A stretch of DNA of 64,000 bases from Felis catus (Eukaryota): assembly GCF_018350175.1 (NCBI RefSeq), contig NC_058368.1, positions 109,556,001-109,620,000 of the forward strand, read 5' to 3'. The translations under genes and the position numbers were made by a program. A model generated the notes under the pieces. The model worked only from the letters and a program-made list of their open reading frames with translations, searched no databases and was not told the origin of the DNA. Shown piece by piece: positions 12,941-25,469 of this stretch (within the stretch, counting starts at the first letter, position 1; every line of letters begins with the position of its first letter).

Positions 12941-13556
12941 GCTCATGGTTTTCCAAACTCTATTACCTGGGTCTACCATTTCTCCCTCCAGCAGGATCCT
13001 GATAAGTGGTAATAAACCAAGTGCTGCTCTGTTGGGGGATTTTTACCCTACTTGCCTCTAGTTTTGTTGGAGAAAGAGGTGAAAAATACGAACCTGTGAA
13101 CCCTTCTGTTCTAGGAAAAGCCCTCTGTGTGCCCTCAATTTAGTCCATCTCCAAGATTCCTTACCCTCCACAACGCTGCTTTAGCACTTTGTATTTCATG
13201 AACTGGTAATGGTCAAGGGCATGGACACATTGACAACTTTGTGATCCTAATCACTTTCTTCTCCAACCATGTCATGATTTGCTAACTTTACAGCACGGAT
13301 TTTCCTGGCAAATGATGCAACGCAAGTTGGGCACACTAACCTTTATTATGACTTTAATTAACTGTTAAATCTTTTTCCCCTTTTTAATGGTACAGCCAAA
13401 CTCAGCTTTCCTACATTGAGGCAAGACATCAGATTACTTATTGGCAAGTAGTCAACTAATTCTATTAGTTAATACTATCTCATGAGGTACTTTTCATCTT
13501 AAATATGGTATGCAGTCCAAATATTGGATGTTCTCCTGCCTTAAGAAATACTTCCA

Positions 13557-13780
13557 GGGGCGCCTGGGTGGCGCAGTCGGTTAAGCGTCCGACTTCAGCC
13601 AGGTCATGATCTCGCGGTCCGGGAGTTCGAGCCCCGCGTCAGGCTCTGGGCTGATGGCTCAGAGCCTGGAGCCTGTTTCCGATTCTGTGTCTCCCTCTCT
13701 TTCTGCCCCTCCCCTGTTCATGCTCTGTCTCTCTCTGTCCCAAAAATAAATAAACGTTGAAAAAAAATTTTTTTTTAAAT
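13557..13780 (+). mobile_element. Young Can-SINE with TSD
   Basis: Young-subfamily sequence; AAGAAATACTTCCA duplicated. Confidence 0.92.
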
Positions 13781-13919
13781 AAAAGAAATACTTCCACTTT
13801 GTTCACCCAAAACTGACTGGAGAAGGATGAGATGGAGAAGTTTAAGGAAGCCATCAAGTAGACAACATGCAGAAAGTTCTTAGCAGATTACAAAAGGGTT
13901 CCAATTTGCTCTACACTTT

Positions 13920-16159
13920 GGGGAACACCTAGGGGGCTCAGTCGGTTGAGGATCTGACTTCGACTCAGGCCATGATCTCACGGTTCTTGAGTTCGAGCCC
14001 CGTGTCAGGCTCTGTGCTGACAGCTCAGAGCCTGGAGCCTGCTTGGGATTCTGTGTCTCCCTCTCTCTCTGCCCGTCCCCTGCTCACACTCGGTCTCTGT
14101 CTAAAAAACAATTTTTTTAAAAGAAACATTTAAAAATAAAACCATTTGCCCTACACTTTTCTACTCCATTTTCTCTAAGCAGAGGTTTTAACAAGGACTT
14201 TACATGGGACTTGAAGTACTTCTTCTTGATGTGGGGCACTGAACTCATGCCTTTATGCCTACTCCCTCACGATGCCATTAAAACAAACCATTATCAAATA
14301 CACTCCTAAGGGCAAAGAATAGGTGAGGAGAGTGAACACAATTTTGGGAGGTGGAAACTGGCTATAAGACAGTGAGCAGAGGTCATGAAAAAGGAAGCCT
14401 AAATCTGCTAGGGGCGGGGACAGATCAAGGAGAAGCTAGCGCACACAGAAACCTGGGAAAGCTCAGGAACAAAGGTGCCATGTACCATGGAAGGCAGTGG
14501 AACCAGCTATGATGTCAAGTATGTGTTGAGGAAGTCGGTAGACCCAACCATTAGATCCCAACGTATGCTGCCCCATCCCAAGCAGCTAGGTGACCACCCC
14601 TGCCCAACGGAGAATGGGGGTTGGTTCTGTGTAAGAACGCAATCAAAGAGACTCCAAACAAGTCAAAGCCAGGCAAGGCAGAGGCTGGGAGAAAAGGTGC
14701 CGTATCGGGATAAAATCAAATGATATACAAGCTCATATACCCTTGAATTTCTGAGGACTAGAACCACCAGGAGCTGAGTCTGCATTTGTCCCACCTCCTC
14801 CCCTCAGAAGATTCAGTAATTCTACTGTGCAAAAACATATAGAAACTGTTAGGAGCCTCAAACCCAAGAGCCTGATAATTAACACATATGGCCTGTCCAT
14901 GCAGGCATTCCAACAGCTTTCTAGGGCCATCTACTTATAAACTGACAACACAAGATATTGGAGAAAAGCCTCTAACATGAAAGGCACAGACCACAACCAA
15001 ACGCTTAAGTAATGCATGAAGAAAACAAACAGAAAAAAATTTTAATTAAGATGTAGCTCATGTGGATGGGAATATGAAGCCAGGAAATGGGTTAAATTTT
15101 ATCATTTCATTTCACTACAGGGACCTAAGTTTCTTCTCCTTCTAGAAGGCTATCATCCTACGACCTCAGAGCTATTTGCCAAAAGCAAGAAGCCATGGAA
15201 AAAATATGCTTAAATTTGGGGCACCTGGGGGCTCGGTTGATTAAGCATCAGACTCTTGGTTTCAGCTCAGGTCATGGTTCTTGAGTTTGAGTCCCACATG
15301 GGGCGCCGCACTGACAATGCAGAGCCTGCTTGGGATTCTCTCTCTCCCCCTCTCTCTGCCCCTCCACCGCTTGTGCTCAATCTCAAAATAAATGAAAACT
15401 GTAAAAAATATATACATACATGCTAAGTTTTTCACTTCTGTGCCTCCCCATCTCCACTGCCATAATCCAGGTCAGCATCATCTCTCACTTAGGCTGTGAC
15501 AATAGCCCCCTAAAACCCAAATGCCCTCCTTCCTTCAGAATAGTTTCTGCCTGACAACTCTCCTCTGGAGTCTGCAGAGTCGAGTCTTCCTCTCTACCCC
15601 TCCCCTGCTCACTCTCCCTCTCTCAAAAATAAAGACGTAAAAACTTTTGTAAAAGATATTATTTAAAAAAATTTGAGTCCAACGATTTCTGGCCCCTGAT
15701 TGACCACTGTGCGCCCTCCTAGGCAGTCCCTTTGCACTGGCCGGTAGGGCCTTGAACCCTCCTTCCATCTCCTCTCGCTCCACTTTGGTATTCCACCGGT
15801 CCTTTTACTTTTCCACTTGCCAGTCACACCCAGTTCTTTCTGTTCTTAGAACACAATTTTGCCCTGCCCAGAGGCTCTGGAATATGGCTATTCACATCAT
15901 TTGTATAGTGTCTGTCTTTCCCAGCTGTAATAGAAGCTCCATGAGAACAAGTGTCATGTTTGTCTTATTTAATACTATTACAACTGAGTGGCTCATTCTG
16001 TTAAGCAACCAACTTCGGCTCAGGTCATGATCTCACATTTTGTGAGTTTGAGCCCCACGTCAGGCTCCGTGCTTGACAGCTCAGAGCCTGGAGCCTGCCT
16101 CTGATTCTGTACCTCTCTTGGTCCCTCTCCCACTCCCACTCTCTCAAAAATAAGTGAAC

Positions 16160-16196
<37 letters not shown>

Positions 16197-18948
16197 TTAA
16201 TAACTCAAAACACCAGGGTCTATTAAAACTTCATTGATTTAGGATCAACATTTCCCTTAACCAAGTAGATTTCAATGTAAAAAAAATCTTTATTCCATCC
16301 AAGAAAATATCCTAGTTGTGATAACACACAACAGTTTTCTAAGATAAGATCATTGAAAAAACTGGATAAAAGATTTGTGTGATGTCTCTGGTATTGTACA
16401 ATTGTTTGTTAATCTACCATTACCTTAAAATAAAAAGAGGGCTGAAAAGAATTGTAATCTAAAGATGTATTATTCATTCTCCCAAGAATGTTCTGTGGCA
16501 ACAAACGCTCACTGATGGAATTTAGGGTCATCAAGGAAGTCTCCGTTTCCGGTACATGATACATTTTTCCTGCAGATGAGAACATCAGCCTCTGTTCTTA
16601 ACCACACACCGCACCTGGCCCATAGCTGGTGTTCAATAAATATTTATTCAGTGAGCTAATTATTTCAGAGAAAGCCAAAATGACCCCAGCACAGGCCGTG
16701 AACTCCTAACACTGTCTGTCCTAGCATTCCAACATGGAAAGACACCAGCACCAAAGACAGATCTATAAAGGACGCTCAATTGTACACACAGCACTGAAGC
16801 AATAAAATGCCCAAAATGCAGCTCACCCTTATCCACATATATTTACTCAATTCTTCCATACAAATTGCATCACACACTAAAGTAAGACAAAGAAATACCG
16901 TCAAGGCATCTAAAAAATCCTATTCTTTAAGTGATTACTGAAATAGCCCCAGTCTAACCAGTTAAGGACCTGTCCAGTTGGGAAGGACAACTACACCACA
17001 AAGTCATTAAACACACAGAGGACCTGCTTTACTTGTCAGTTCTGGTCAAGGATCAAGTGTCTGTACCTCCTGGTTGTGTTGATTCTTGCCTTCTATTCAG
17101 ACAACAGTTAATGGACCAAACAGCCTACTTTTCTATCAATCCATTCAGCCAGTCTATATACTTAGATGTTTGGAGGACTAACATCCTTTAAAAGAATATT
17201 TTAAGGGTTTTGGGGCACCTGGGTGACTCAGTCATTTAAGCTTCCAACTTCGGCTCAGGTCATGATCACACGGTTCTTGAGTTCAAGCCCTACATCAGGC
17301 TCTGTGCCGACAGCTCAGAGCTTGGAGTCTGCTTTAAATTCTGTGTCTCTGTCTCTCTCTGCCCTCCCCCACTAGCACTCTCTCTGGCTCTCAAAAACAA
17401 ATAAACATTAAAAAAATCTTTTAAGAATATTTTAAGGGTTTTAATTCCACTTCACTTATATTTTAACTTACAACCCCCAAATAACAAATTAAACTTGGTT
17501 ACTTCAAATTTTGATATTAATCAAGTTCTGAGCATTTTTTCTTCATCATTTATGTAACCATGCCCACTTTCTCCTTCACCCCATGACAGAGCAGCTTTAT
17601 TTTTGCCCACACTGTCCCAGCTGAGCTCTAAACCAAGTCCAGCGGCTGCTGCCCTTGAAACTGGTTAGTAAAAGACCAAGTATTCAATTTAACACAGGCG
17701 TTGATTTAAACCGATAAAGAGCAGGAAACTCAGAGCTGAAGGGAAAACCGGCCCCATTGTTCCTGGGCATACTGGAGCACCCATCACATTAGGTGACCTC
17801 GTATCTCATCTGGACTAAATACCAAAGCTCAATGCATCCATTTAAGGCAGATGTAGCCCCATCCTTGAATTTCCAGATTTCAATCACCGTTGTCCTTCCT
17901 CATTTATTTTCTCAAGTAGCAGCTTTTGTTAAGAGTAATGAAAGAAAAACAGGTTTCAAATGGAGGAGGCAGTTGGGAGACCAGTATATCCTCCTCCACT
18001 GTGCAGAAGACAATCTGTGAAGTTTAAGTTTAGCAGATAGATCTTCCCTTAATATTGACACTGTCCTATGAAGAAACTAGACTTACAAATAAAGCCTGAA
18101 AGAAAGAAAAAAAAAAACAACTTGCAGTTCAAGCTATCCTTACTCAACTGTACCATCAAAATACAGTCTCCAAGTCAATTGTCATTTTACTTTAAAGTAA
18201 GCTCTATGCTCAGTGTGGGGCTTGAACTCACAACTCTGAGATCAAGGGTGGCACCCTCGCGCCTTCAGCTCCCCCCAGTGAGCCAGCCAAGTGCCCCAGT
18301 AAGCCAACTTTAGAACTCACCTACCATGACCAACTTTTTCTCTGCTCCTAATTTTGGCACTGAGTCTTATACTTAACTTCTATCAGAATGACCTTTTTTC
18401 TAAACCTTCAGAATGCAGACCACATCCATACTCAATCACAGAACTAGGAAAAATAACTCAGTTTATACAAATACTTTGATACAAATTTCATATGGTTCAC
18501 TTGAAAACAGTCGTCTTTTAGGGAGACTTACCTTCCAGTAAGTGCAGTTGCCCATTCTCCGCATTACTCGGGCCCTTTCTGGGCCAGTTATTTTTTTACT
18601 GCCAACAATGACAGAAGATGATACAAAACCCTTGAAACACCATGTATCTCTTAGGCTGGCAGCCTCATTTACAAAAGAATAATGACTCCAAGTTAGACAA
18701 GATGGCAAAGTTATTTGGAAACTGGGCAATTTAAACTCCCTTTTCAGTTTTTTTTTTTTTTAAATATTTTTGAGAGACAGAGACAGAGAAGGAGTGGGGG
18801 AGGGGCAGAGGGAGGGGGAGACACAGAATCTGATGCAGACTCCAGGCTCTGAGCTGTCAGTCCATGCAGGGCTGGAACCCACCAAACTGGAGATCATGAC
18901 CTGAGGTGAAGTCAGACACCCAACCAATGGAGCTACCCAGATGCCCCC
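13920..18948. repeat. Further dispersed Can-SINEs (~13920-14140 +, 15218-15408 +, 15987-16194 +, 17212-17417 +, 18190-18297 -, 18748-18948 -)
   Basis: Recognisable SINE heads, bodies and tails at the listed positions; coordinates approximate. Confidence 0.8.
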
Positions 18949-19128
18949 AGTCTGCTTCTTAAAAAAAGCTTTCATTAAATATTTTTCAAAAATATTATTC
19001 AGATGAAGAAATCTTGAGCAAGTAAGAGCATTTATGTATGTGCAGGCTTGCGAGATGAATGCAATAGCACACCAGGAAAATAAATGTAACCATTCCATTC
19101 CCAATCACATCAAGAATACCTACAGTCA

Positions 19129-19540
19129 GGGGCACCTGGGTGGCGCAGTCGGTTAAGCGTCCGACTTCAGCCAGGTCACGATCTCGCGGTCCGTGAGTTC
19201 GAGCCCCGTGTCGGGCTCTGGGCTGATGGCTCAGAGCCTGGAGCCTGTTTCCGATTCTGTGTCTCCCTTTCTCTGCCCCTCCCCCGTTCATGCTCTGTCT
19301 CTCTGTCCCAAAAATAAATAAAAAACATTGAAAAGAATACCTACAGTCTAACCTTAGGGGTGCCCGAGTGGCTGAATCGGTTAGGGGACCGACTTCAGCT
19401 CAGATCATGATCTCACAGTTCATGAGTTCAAGCCATACATCGGGCTCTCTGCTGTCACTGCAAAGCCTGTTTCAAATCCTCTGTCCCCCTCCCACTCTCA
19501 CTTGCTCTCTCAATATGTAAATAAGTAAAACAGAAAAGAA
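19129..19540 (+). mobile_element. Young Can-SINE (TSD AAGAATACCTACAGTC) followed by an older Can-SINE
   Basis: Two head-to-tail SINE bodies at 19129-19335 and 19357-19540. Confidence 0.88.
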
Positions 19541-20397
19541 TTTAAACATAACAGGTTCAAAACTTACACTCTCCCAAGTACAGAAAGACCTAAATCAAAG
19601 CAAACGCCTCCCATGCTCATGGATTACAAGACTTAACATTACTAAGAGGTCAATACTCCTCAAACTGATCTACAGATTCAATACAATACCCATCAAAATC
19701 CCAGCTGGCTTCCTTAGAGGCTAAGCACTTATCACTAAGAAAAGATCATCTCTACGAATGAGAATACATCCTGCATTTAGGATTTACTTTGGTTGGTAGA
19801 TTAGGGGGGTTAGAAATGCTGCAACAGAAATCACTCCAGCAGCCCTAACTATGGATCTCCAGGGCTCCCTCAAGGTAGATTTATTGAAAACCCACATATA
19901 AGCCGTCATATCCAAACAAGGCTTGCTCTGTAATGTAACCTAATCACTGCCAGGTGAGTTTAGTGGCAAACGTCCCAAATCCACCTGGAAAAAATTTGCG
20001 GGGGTGCAGTGATGAGAGCTGAGGGAAATCTGCAAAACCAAGCTTAGAGCAAAAAGGAAAAAAACACTCCTTGACCTCATTCTGTAAGGTCAGAGATTTT
20101 AAATATGTAAGGGAAAAAATAGTTAAAAATCTTTACATTTTCTCCTAAAAATCTGCAAGGCAATTTCCTTTCAACAAATTGGACAAATGTTATCTTGTTT
20201 GAGGTGAACCACCCTATTTATATGCCTAATGAGCTGAATTACATATTGTGCATCCATCACACTGATTCAACAGTCATGGGTTACATGCTTACTCTCTAGT
20301 CCCAGTAAGATAAGCTAGCCTCTTACTCTGAAAAAGATAAGTTAAGATTAGCTTGTAGATACACTTCTCCCTCCCCAAGAGCCATTTAAAATCAATC

Positions 20398-20430
<33 letters not shown>

Positions 20431-20458
20431 ACACAGAACATTATGCCACTGAGAGGGA

Positions 20459-20464
20459 TTTATT
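20459..20464 (-). terminator. GDF9: Probable GDF9 polyadenylation signal AATAAA
   Basis: TTTATT on plus strand ~305 nt past the stop codon, followed on the minus strand by a GU/U-rich tract (TGTTCTGTGTGC then a long T run). Confidence 0.7.
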
Positions 20465-20769
20465 CTTCCATTAACTACAACTACTGCACTCTGATACCAA
20501 CGTCAAGAAAAAAAAAAATCATTCACGGGAAAGAAATTTAGGGCCCTCCAAAATAATTACAGTTCATTTACACCCGGAAATTAAACAGGAAGATGTTACC
20601 ACTTTCCATGGATAGATGCCACAGAATGTGCTCATCTACACAGGCTCCCTCTTATACAAGACATACTACATTGAGATTTGACAAGTGGAACTTTCTCCTG
20701 AAGGCACAGAGAGGTGCACGGCATTTCTTTGCCGAAGAGGCTCCAGGTTTTAGTTTAGAGAACCCAGTA

Positions 20770-21734
20770 TCAACGACAGGTGCACTTAGTGGCTATCATA
20801 TCTTCATATTCTTTGTAAGCGATTGAGCCATCTGACTCAATGGTCAGAACGCTGAGAGGACTGTATTTGGCAGGCACACAGGAGGGTCTTGGCACTGAGG
20901 AGTCGAGCTTCTCATGGATGATATTCTGCACCATGGTGTGAACTGGCGAGCCATACCGATGTCCAAGTGCCCTTGGACAGTCCCCTTTACAGTATCGAGG
21001 GTTGTATCTGTGCGGGGCCACGATCCAGCTGTCCCACTTCAGCTGACTAAAACTAAGTCTAAAGTCATGGAGCTCACACTCATTTTGGGGAAAAAGAAAC
21101 TGTTTGAAGTATTCGCTCAGATTGAAAGAAGCTGGAACCAGAGGCTTCTGAGGTTCCAAGCCGATAGTCTCCTGCCCTCTCCGATGACGGGAAGGTCGTA
21201 CAGCCTCAGCTGACTCTTCTCCCTGGGGACAGGCAGACAGCCCTCTCTTCTGGCCAGCACCTTGGGAAGGCCTCCTTTTATAGTGAAGGGAATACCACCT
21301 GTGATGAGCCTGGGCACTCGTGTCGTTCAGATATAAAAGCAGTGAGGGAGGCACCAGAAGAGTCACGTTAAAGGGACCGTCACGTGCTGAAGGGGGCTGC
21401 AGCTGGGCTTTCACACAGGTCAAATTTACAGACATGTGAATGTTTCTTTGGTTGGAGGCCACTAGAGGCTGAAGAGGAGCCGTCACATCCACCTCAATCC
21501 ATCTGTATTTCTTTCTAAATTCAAACTGGGAGTCAAAGGTCAATGAAGACAGAGTTCTATGGGGGTTCCCGCTAGAAGACTCGGGCTCCTTCATCACCAC
21601 GTTGCACACACATTTCACAGCAGAAGAAAAAGAAATGGGGTTGCTGAAAGTAAATATCAAGACTGACTTGATGAAGTGTTCAACGGCAGTAACACGATCC
21701 AGGTGAAATAGCAGGTCCACGGATGGTACAGTTC
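20770..21734 (-). CDS. GDF9: Growth differentiation factor 9, coding exon 2 (rest of prodomain, RHRR furin site, mature TGF-beta domain)
   Basis: Translation ...[10 protein letters not shown]...[34 protein letters not shown]...PSCVP...KCTCR*. Acceptor TTCTTCTCAG precedes 21734; phase 1 matches exon 1; total 1359 nt = 452 aa + stop. Confidence 0.98.
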
Positions 21735-22105
21735 CTGAGAAGAAAAACAACCCGCAAATTGTGCTTGAATACAAAAACGAAATAGCAAGTCAAATCACAG
21801 CATTAATACTTGATCATAGTGCTTTCTCCCTTCTCTTCCTCTCTTCATCCAGCCTCAACAAGTGAGGGAGGGGGGGTTACAGAGAAAATGCGGGTGAGAG
21901 CTTTCTTCCATAACTAACTGCCAGCAACTACAAGCAGGTATTTTATCATCACAAAATCACAACAGCTTTGGTGGTGAATAAAAACAACTATCGTTCCGTT
22001 TCACAACCTCAATCATTTGCTCCAAACATACAGAAACTAATAAATATTTTTCTCTTGGCAAGTGCCTGGAGAAAAAGCGGTCATAAAAACACCAAGCTTC
22101 CTAAG

Positions 22106-22638
22106 GGATACGGGAGTACTGATGCATAGGGGCACTTGTACCCTAATGTTTATAGCAGCACTCTCAACAATAGCCAAATTATGGAAAGAGCCTAAATGTC
22201 CATCAAATGATGAATGGATAAAAAAAAATTGTGGTTTATATACACAATGGAGTACTACGTGGCAATGAGAAAGAATGAAATATGGCCATTTGTAGCAACG
22301 TGGATGGAACTGGAGAGTGTGATGCTAAGTGAAATAAGCCATACAGAGAAAGACAGATACCATACGGTTTCACTCTTATGTGGATCCTGAGAAACTTAAC
22401 AAACCCATGGGGGAGGGGAAGGGGAAAAAAAAAAGGTTAGAGTGGAACAGAGCCAAAGCATAAGAGACTCTTAAAAATGGAGAAACAAACTGAGGGTTGA
22501 TGGGGGGTGGGAGGGAGGGGAGGGGAGGGTGATGGGTATTGAGGAGGGCACCTTTTGGGATGAGCACTGGGTATCGTATGGAAACCAATTTGACAATAAA
22601 CTTCATATATTGAAAAACAAAAAAACAAAAAAACACCC
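22106..22638 (+). mobile_element. 5'-truncated young L1 3' end (carnivore/felid L1) in the GDF9 intron, antisense to GDF9
   Basis: L1 ORF2 C-terminal motif (MFIAALSTIAKLWKEPKCPS), G-rich 3' UTR, AATAAA and A-rich tail. TSD CACCAAGCTT(C/G)CTAAG at 22090-22105 and 22639-22654. Confidence 0.9.
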
Positions 22639-23396
22639 CACCAAGCTTGCTAAGAAGACTTTCTAAGCCCAATGAACAGGATCAATGAAGAAAATTTAAT
22701 CATGTAATTCGAACACTTGAGATTGATAATCGAGGCTCTAAAAGCACTATAAAAAAACATCAAGGAAGAAGAAAAGATTTTAAACAGCCCCACCTGACTT
22801 GTTGGGTCAGCACAGTTTTGGTCATGAGGTAGTGAATTTCGGTTTTTGTTTTTTGATTTTTTTTTTAAAGCACTTCTTTTTCACACACAATACCAAGGTG
22901 CTGAGTCAGACTGTTGACTAACACTTTGTTGTGAGGACCTACTGTTCCAAATGGAGACTCCAGCTTTCCTCTCACAGACAGCAACAAACAAGGGGAAAAC
23001 ATCCCAATTAATGCAGTAAATAGCTAGGGGGTATTTTAGACACATTTCCAGGTTAGCAGTGGTAAAAGGGAAAAACAAAGAGAGGTCAAGACACCGGGTT
23101 TCCAGTCTTGACTTTGTGACCTTGGACAAGATGCTGAGTTCCAACAAAACACTCCTCAGTCTTTAGAGCTATTAAGCCCCCTCTAACTCTACCCTATCTA
23201 TCCTAGGAGACTCGCCACCCCTTAATCCATGAAGATATTAAAACCATAAGATCAAGTACCACATTTGATTTTGGTTATTGAATATTATGCAAAGTAAACT
23301 GCAGCTCAAAGAACAAACCCAATCTGTTTCTTTAACCGAAACGCAAACTACTTTGTCATCTTTCCACCACCCATTCACCAATCCACTCCTACACAC

Positions 23397-23790
23397 CTGT
23401 CACCTGGTCCCCAGGAGCCTGCTTGTGCTGGGCATAAGATGTGAAGAGCCGAACAGTGTTGTAGAGAGGACTTCTGTTGGATTTAGGGATCCCCTCCTTG
23501 GTAGCAAAGGACTTATAGAGTCTCTTCATGTAACGCAAAGCTCTGGAGTCTGGCTGCAGCCTAGGGGCGTCACCTTGCCCATTATACAGAACCTTGAAGA
23601 GAGGAGGAAGGAAGCCCAATCTGTCTTTTTCATCTAGAGGCTGCACCAAGGACCAAGGTTCAGCCTTAGCTTCCCATTCAGCACCCGCTGCAATCTGAAC
23701 TTCTGTAGAAGCCCGAGAACAAAGACTCATAGGAAAACACAGCCAGGAAAAGCAGAGAAACCAAAGGAAAAAGTTGCTGAGAAGCGCCAT
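23397..23790 (-). CDS. GDF9: Growth differentiation factor 9, coding exon 1 (signal peptide, prodomain start)
   Basis: MALLSNFFLWFLCFSWLCFP...ALRYMKRLYK...LYNTVRLFT; Kozak GCCATGG; donor G|GTGTGT after 23397; 394 nt. Confidence 0.97.
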
Positions 23791-23869
23791 GGCCTGGAAG
23801 AACTAGCAAGGAATACATTTCCCCATACCAGTCTTCTTCCTAAAAGCCAGGAAGAGCTTAGGTTGGTCT

Positions 23870-23985
23870 CTTAAATAAATTTTAGGTGTGTGGGTGGGCT
23901 AGGGTCAATTCTGTAATCAGACCTCAAGGATGGGTACCTGAAGATAATTCTTATCAGCTGTGAATCAAACATCTGATAACGTCCT
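23870..23985 (-). promoter_or_regulatory. GDF9: GDF9 proximal (oocyte) promoter: E-box CAGCTG at 23955-23960 flanked by GATA motifs; AT-rich TATA-like element ~23871-23880
   Basis: Motifs seen directly. A proximal CAGCTG E-box is known to be required for mouse Gdf9 oocyte expression; orthology to this one is inferred from position (~165 nt upstream of the ATG). Confidence 0.6.
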
Positions 23986-24169
23986 ATCTATCCAATTTGT
24001 GCTCATGAGATACTGATGTATCTGGTGACTTAGCTTTCCTCTCCTTTTTGTTCTGGCATTCATTTAAAACCTCTTAAGTTAGCATTGCGTAGGTGGACTA
24101 CCTATGCAAGCTGAAAGACCAACAGAAATTGAGAAATGACCTTAAAACTCCCCCTTAAAAATTTTTAAC

Positions 24170-24933
24170 TTTTTTTAATGTTTATTTTTGAGAGAGAGAG
24201 AGGGCGAGGGGGGCGGGGGAGGGGCAGAGAGCGACGGAGACAGAAGATCCAGAGCAGGCTCTGCCTTGAGAGCGTGGAGCAGCAGGGCCTAAACCCACGA
24301 ACCACGAGATCGTGAACTGAGTGGAAATCCCACGCTTAACCGGCTGAACCACACAGGCGCCCCTAAACCATCTCTTTTTTGAGATTACGATTCTTAAAAT
24401 GTTCCCTAGGTGTTTGCTGAAACTTCCAAAGCACGGAAAAAAGCTAATTATTCATGATGATACGAAAACCTGTTGGTATTCAATTTATGGTATTGGGTTC
24501 ACTCTTGCTCTTCCTTCACGCTCATCACGTCTCTGGCTCCCAGGTGCTTAGAATTACTGCATGTGGATTTGGAGAGAAAAAAGTCACAATTGGCATGGAA
24601 ATCCCAGAGAACAGAGAACTATTGGATGGCCCAATTCTCTTAGGGAACTTCGTATAGAATATGTACTTGGAATGCTGCAATATGCTTTAAAATGGACATC
24701 ACCTTTAACCTTGACTCATTAAAAAAAATTTTTTTAATGCTTATTTTTGAGACAGAGCACGAGCAGGGGAGGGGCAGAGAGAGACGGAGACACAGAATCC
24801 AAAGCGGGCTCCAGGCTCTGAGCTGTCAGCACAGAGCCCACTGTGGGGCTCCAACTCACAAAGAAGAACAATTGTGAGATCATGACCCGAGCTGAAGTCA
24901 GCCACTTAACCGACTGAGCCACCCAGGCGCCCC
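24170..24933 (-). mobile_element. Two Can-SINEs (24170-24363, 24729-24933)
   Basis: Reverse SINE bodies; the second is flanked by ACCTTGACT(C/A)ATT. Confidence 0.85.
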
Positions 24934-25469
24934 AGACCTTGACTAATTTTATAATATAATACCTTGATTCTTTACTTTCATCTACATATTCATCTGTACC
25001 TATGTAGGTTGAAAGGTTTAGAGATGTTTGCAGGTTGTTTTTTGTTACTCAAATGATGGTAGAATTTGCGAGGAACAAATTTGCGAGAATTTGTTCTTGT
25101 TATGTAAGTACTTATGTTCTTGCCTCGGAGCTGAGACTAGGTGAGAGATGATGTTTTAGAGAAATGGGACGAAGGTGCACCACAAGAGGCTGAAACGAAT
25201 GCATATCCAGCGCCACCCATGAGATCACACTGGAAGGAAATCAACCCACACTCCTGGTACAAGAGAGAACCAGTCTGTGCAGCACCTAGGTTGATGAAAC
25301 TGTTTCAAATTTTATGTTTCCAAATTTTAAGTTCATTGCCTATGCCAACCAAGCCTTCCCGGCCCATGACTGGTAAGCAGGGTCGCATAAAACACACCTA
25401 AACTTTGAATGACAGCTTACTCCTACTACACACACGGCTGGCAATTCCATGAACTAAACATGTACAAGA

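Noticed and set aside
13313..13320. ATF4/CEBP-like TGATGCAA motif in unique intergenic DNA
   Set aside because: A single 8-mer with no supporting cluster; expected by chance.
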